From: the human T2T-CHM13v2.0 reference genome, Homo sapiens
Assembly (NCBI RefSeq): GCF_009914755.1
Contig: NC_060928.1
Reading direction: 5' to 3' (one strand)
Length of the DNA: 64,000 bases
This document shows positions 61,165 to 64,000 of the stretch, piece by piece (position 1 is the stretch's first letter; every line of letters begins with the position of its first letter). The position numbers were made by a program, and so were the translations under genes. The notes below the pieces were generated by a model. It did no database searches, was not told where the DNA came from, and worked only from the letters and a program-made list of their open reading frames with translations.

Positions 61165-61433
61165 GTAAGTCCTTGAGTCCCTCTTGAACTGTCTTGTGTG
61201 TGGTCTGAGGGAACGAGTTGTTTTAAGGGCCTATATTTTCTATTCCTGGGGGTCTGAGCCTTTGGTTTTGTTGGGGGCATGGGGCCGCTGTGCTGTTCCC
61301 TCGCCGCACTGTCTCGGGTCCCTCATGCACTGTCTGAGGCTCTTGGCCTGTGTGGGCCTTTCCTCCCTCACACTAGGTCAGAGGTAAGAGGCAAGGGCGA
61401 AATGGGTTCCTGTTTCATCCCCATCTCCCGCAG

Positions 61434-61538
61434 GTGCCAGGCCCACCCCCAGGTGTTCCCGCGCCTGGGGGCCCACCCCTGTCCACCGGACCTATAGTGG
61501 ACCTGCTCCAGTACAGCCAGAAGGACCTGGATGCAGTG
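61434..61538 (+). CDS. TACC3: TACC3 exon 10 (...IVDLLQYSQKDLDAV)
   Basis: cgcag|GTG ... GTG|GTAAGG; 105 nt; start of the TACC coiled-coil domain. Confidence 0.95.
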
Positions 61539-62358
61539 GTAAGGACGCAGGTAGTAGCTATTCCACAGAACCTGCAGGCCGCTCTGGGGCTTGGCCAACA
61601 GTGGGCAGGGGTCCAACAGCCTGACCCGCCATCCCTGCCCCTGCTGGTTGGGGTGGAATTGCAGAGAGCTGCCGGCCCCTGGCCTGTCACTGCTGCCCAG
61701 GTCGCTGAGGGTCCAGGCTTCCACCCAGTGTCCCCGCAGTCAGCTGCCCACCAGCAGCCTCCCCGGGACTCTCCGGCCTGGGCATGGCGTTGGCCTCTGG
61801 TGGCCTTGCAGCAGTGAGTGTGGTTCTTGCTGCCGTGAGCCCGAGTGTCGCCCCTTTCCTCCCGCCCTCCCACGAGTCCAGACGCATCTCCTGGCAGCTT
61901 AGGAAGCTCCATCTTCACCCACCCCACATCTGAGGGTCCCGTGCCTTGTCTCCCTCCATCCTCACTGTACATGCCAGGCTTCAGCCTGTTCTAACTCCGG
62001 GCCTAAATTGTCCCTAAGAGAGCTGTAGGCACACAAAGGGGCTGGGTGTCTGCAGGCACCACTGTGAGCTACCGTCGCCAGATGGTCCCCAGGGAGGTGC
62101 AGACAGGGTGGTTCCGGAGGCCGGCTGGCAGGGCTGGGTTCAAGCCCCAACATCCACACCAGTGTTGTTCACAGTGGCCCCAGGTGTCATCTCCGCAGAG
62201 GCCTGTGATGTGGCCCTGACCCCGTACCCCAACAACCTCCTTCCCTGTGTCAGAGCCCGTGTGAGTAACCCAATAGCAGGCCTGGGGACCACAGTGTGGC
62301 TGGCCCCCTCCTCTGCAGGCCTGGGCTCCGGGGGCAGGTGGCCCCTGCATGTAACTTA

Positions 62359-63211
62359 TGTTAGAAATGCACAATGCTTGTTCTCTGGTGCCACAAAGAA
62401 ATAGTGCTCGAACATTAATTTTCTCAGCAAGGCAGTTTTTACTTTCTGCAGAAAGGGTGCCCCTCGCAGATGGAGCAATGGCAAGAGCACACCTGAACAA
62501 GGGAGGGGAAGGGGTTCTTATTCCTGACACAGGTAGCCCTACTGCTGTGTTGTTCCCCTGTTGGCTAAGGTTGGACCACACAGTCTAAGCCAATTCCAAT
62601 TGGCTATTTTAAAGAGGGCAGGGTAAGAGTCAGAGTGGCGGGGTGAGTAGTTTGACGGGAAGGACGGTTAGGAACAGGTAACTCAAGGTGACTTAGGTCA
62701 GAGCAGGTGACCGGGATGAGTCAGGATGGAGCAGGTGACCAGGGAACAGATGTGAACTACTGATTAGGACTGGCAGGAAAATTGTTTACTGAAACTAGAA
62801 GCAAGGGGCGAAGAGAACCAGGAATTTTAAATGGAGAATCAAAGAAGAGATCTGGCCGGGTGCAGTGGGTCACGCCTGTAATCCCAGTACTTTGGGAGGC
62901 CGAGGTGGGCGGATCACGAGGTCAAGAGATGGAGACCATCCTGGCTAACACGGTGAAACCCTGTCTCTACTAAAAAATACAAAAATTAGCCGGGCGTGGT
63001 GGTGGGCACCTGTAGTCCCACCTACTCGGGAGGCCGAAGCAAGACAATGGCTTGAACCCGGGAGGCGGAGCTTGCAGCAAGCAGAGATCACGTGACTGCA
63101 CTCCAGCCTGGGCGACAGAGTGAGACTCTTGTCTCAAAAAAAAAAAAGAGATCTGAACATACTGACTTACTGATTCTTTGAAGACAAACTTGGAGTTCAC
63201 TATATTTAACA
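62359..63211 (-). mobile_element. Solo LTR10-family (ERV1) element with an internal AluY (62854-63147)
   Basis: Minus-strand start TGTTAAATATAGTGAACTCCAAG...TTCAAAGAATCAGTAAGTCAGTATGTTCA; 4-bp TSD ctta at 62355-62358 and 63212-63215; AP-1 TGAGTCA at 62717-62723. Confidence 0.8.
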
Positions 63212-63527
63212 CTTAGGACCCCTAGTATCTGCCACTGGGCTGCGGGGGCAGCTGCAGGGACACACACCTGTTGGGTGCCTGCTGGTTCCACCCAGGAGCA
63301 CAGCCAGCAGCCTCATGCCTCCTGCCCCCTGGCAGTCGGGTGCACGTGGAGCAGGTGGCCTTGGCCTCGACAGGGTTCCCAGGGTCCCACTGGAAGCCCC
63401 ACATGGAACTGTGCCTCTGGGACATTGCTCCAGGGACCTCGGGTGCGGGCTGGCCCCATCCTGTGGGGAGGTCCTGGGAGGGTCAGTCTGGCCCGCCTGC
63501 CTGCTGACTTGGGTGTGGCCTGAGCAG

Positions 63528-63604
63528 GTAAAGGCGACACAGGAGGAGAACCGGGAGCTGAGGAGCAGGTGTGAGGAGCTCCACGGGAAGAACCTGGAAC
63601 TGGG
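63528..63604 (+). CDS. TACC3: TACC3 exon 11 (VKATQEENRELRSRCEELHGKNLELG)
   Basis: agcag|GTA ... TGGG|GTAAGG; 77 nt. Confidence 0.95.
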
Positions 63605-63633
63605 GTAAGGAGGCCCCGTCTCCTGTCCTCCCC

Positions 63634-63724
63634 GTCCCCATCCCCCTCGCCATCCTTGTCCCCATCCCCCTCGCCATCCTTGTCCCCATCCCCCTCGCCA
63701 TCCCTGTCCCCGTCCCCATCCCCA
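63634..63724. repeat. 24-bp C-rich minisatellite, 3 full copies plus a partial, TACC3 intron 11
   Basis: gtccccatccccctcgccatcc(t/c)t. Confidence 0.92.
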
Positions 63725-63784
63725 CCTGGCCTGGGACCGCTGGGCACCCGAGGCAATGGCTGTGTGTCTGTTCTCCTCCCACAG

Positions 63785-63828
63785 GAAGATCATGGACAGG
63801 TTCGAAGAGGTTGTGTACCAGGCCATGG
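63785..63828 (+). CDS. TACC3: TACC3 exon 12 (KIMDRFEEVVYQAM); gene continues beyond the window
   Basis: cacag|GAAG ... TGG|GTGAGT; 44 nt. Confidence 0.95.
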
Positions 63829-64000
63829 GTGAGTGCCCGGGCCACCGAGGCCACGTGCCTCCACGAGGGGCTGCCTATGCCCCACCCTGGCCCTGCCCTG
63901 CACCCTGCCTAGGACCCCACCCTCCTGAGGCCCCTTTTCCTAACACACGAGTCCCTTCAACATGGGCCCGGCCGTGGAAGCACTGAGGCGAGTTGCGGGG

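Noticed and set aside
63206-63912. GWGQGWRG / GDGDKDGE / VPIPLAIL repeat ORFs
   Set aside because: Translations of the 24-bp intron-11 minisatellite; no independent gene signals

Overview
Human-type (primate) genomic DNA, GC-rich and very Alu-dense. I recognise it as the 4p16.3 cluster FAM53A(5' end, -) / SLBP(-) / TMEM129(-) / TACC3(+, exons 1-12, running off the right edge). I assembled the coding exons from GT-AG boundaries and phases: SLBP has 8 exons, 813 nt, 270 aa; TMEM129 has 4 exons, 1089 nt, 362 aa; TACC3 gives 2062 coding nt in this window. Three CpG-island promoters are present: FAM53A, SLBP (E2F/CCAAT) and the bidirectional TMEM129/TACC3 promoter (CCAAT/MYB/CHR). The rest is Alu, L1, solo LTRs (LTR13, LTR10, MER9-like, MER4, MLT1), MER DNA transposons, an hY1 RNA retrocopy and several minisatellites. 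No new multi-gene system is evident; the protein genes are well known. The best unexplained signals are: (1) a 42-bp VNTR upstream of the TMEM129 ATG whose units each carry a Met-X-stop uORF and a degenerate ZNF143-type motif; (2) a TACC3 intron-6 VNTR whose 40-bp units create sense AATAAA signals; (3) an open read-through frame plus a well-formed poly(A) signal in SLBP intron 6; (4) a Gypsy RNase H fossil in SLBP intron 2. Repeat subfamily names come from my memory of consensus sequences, not from a database search, and Alu/L1 boundaries are approximate.
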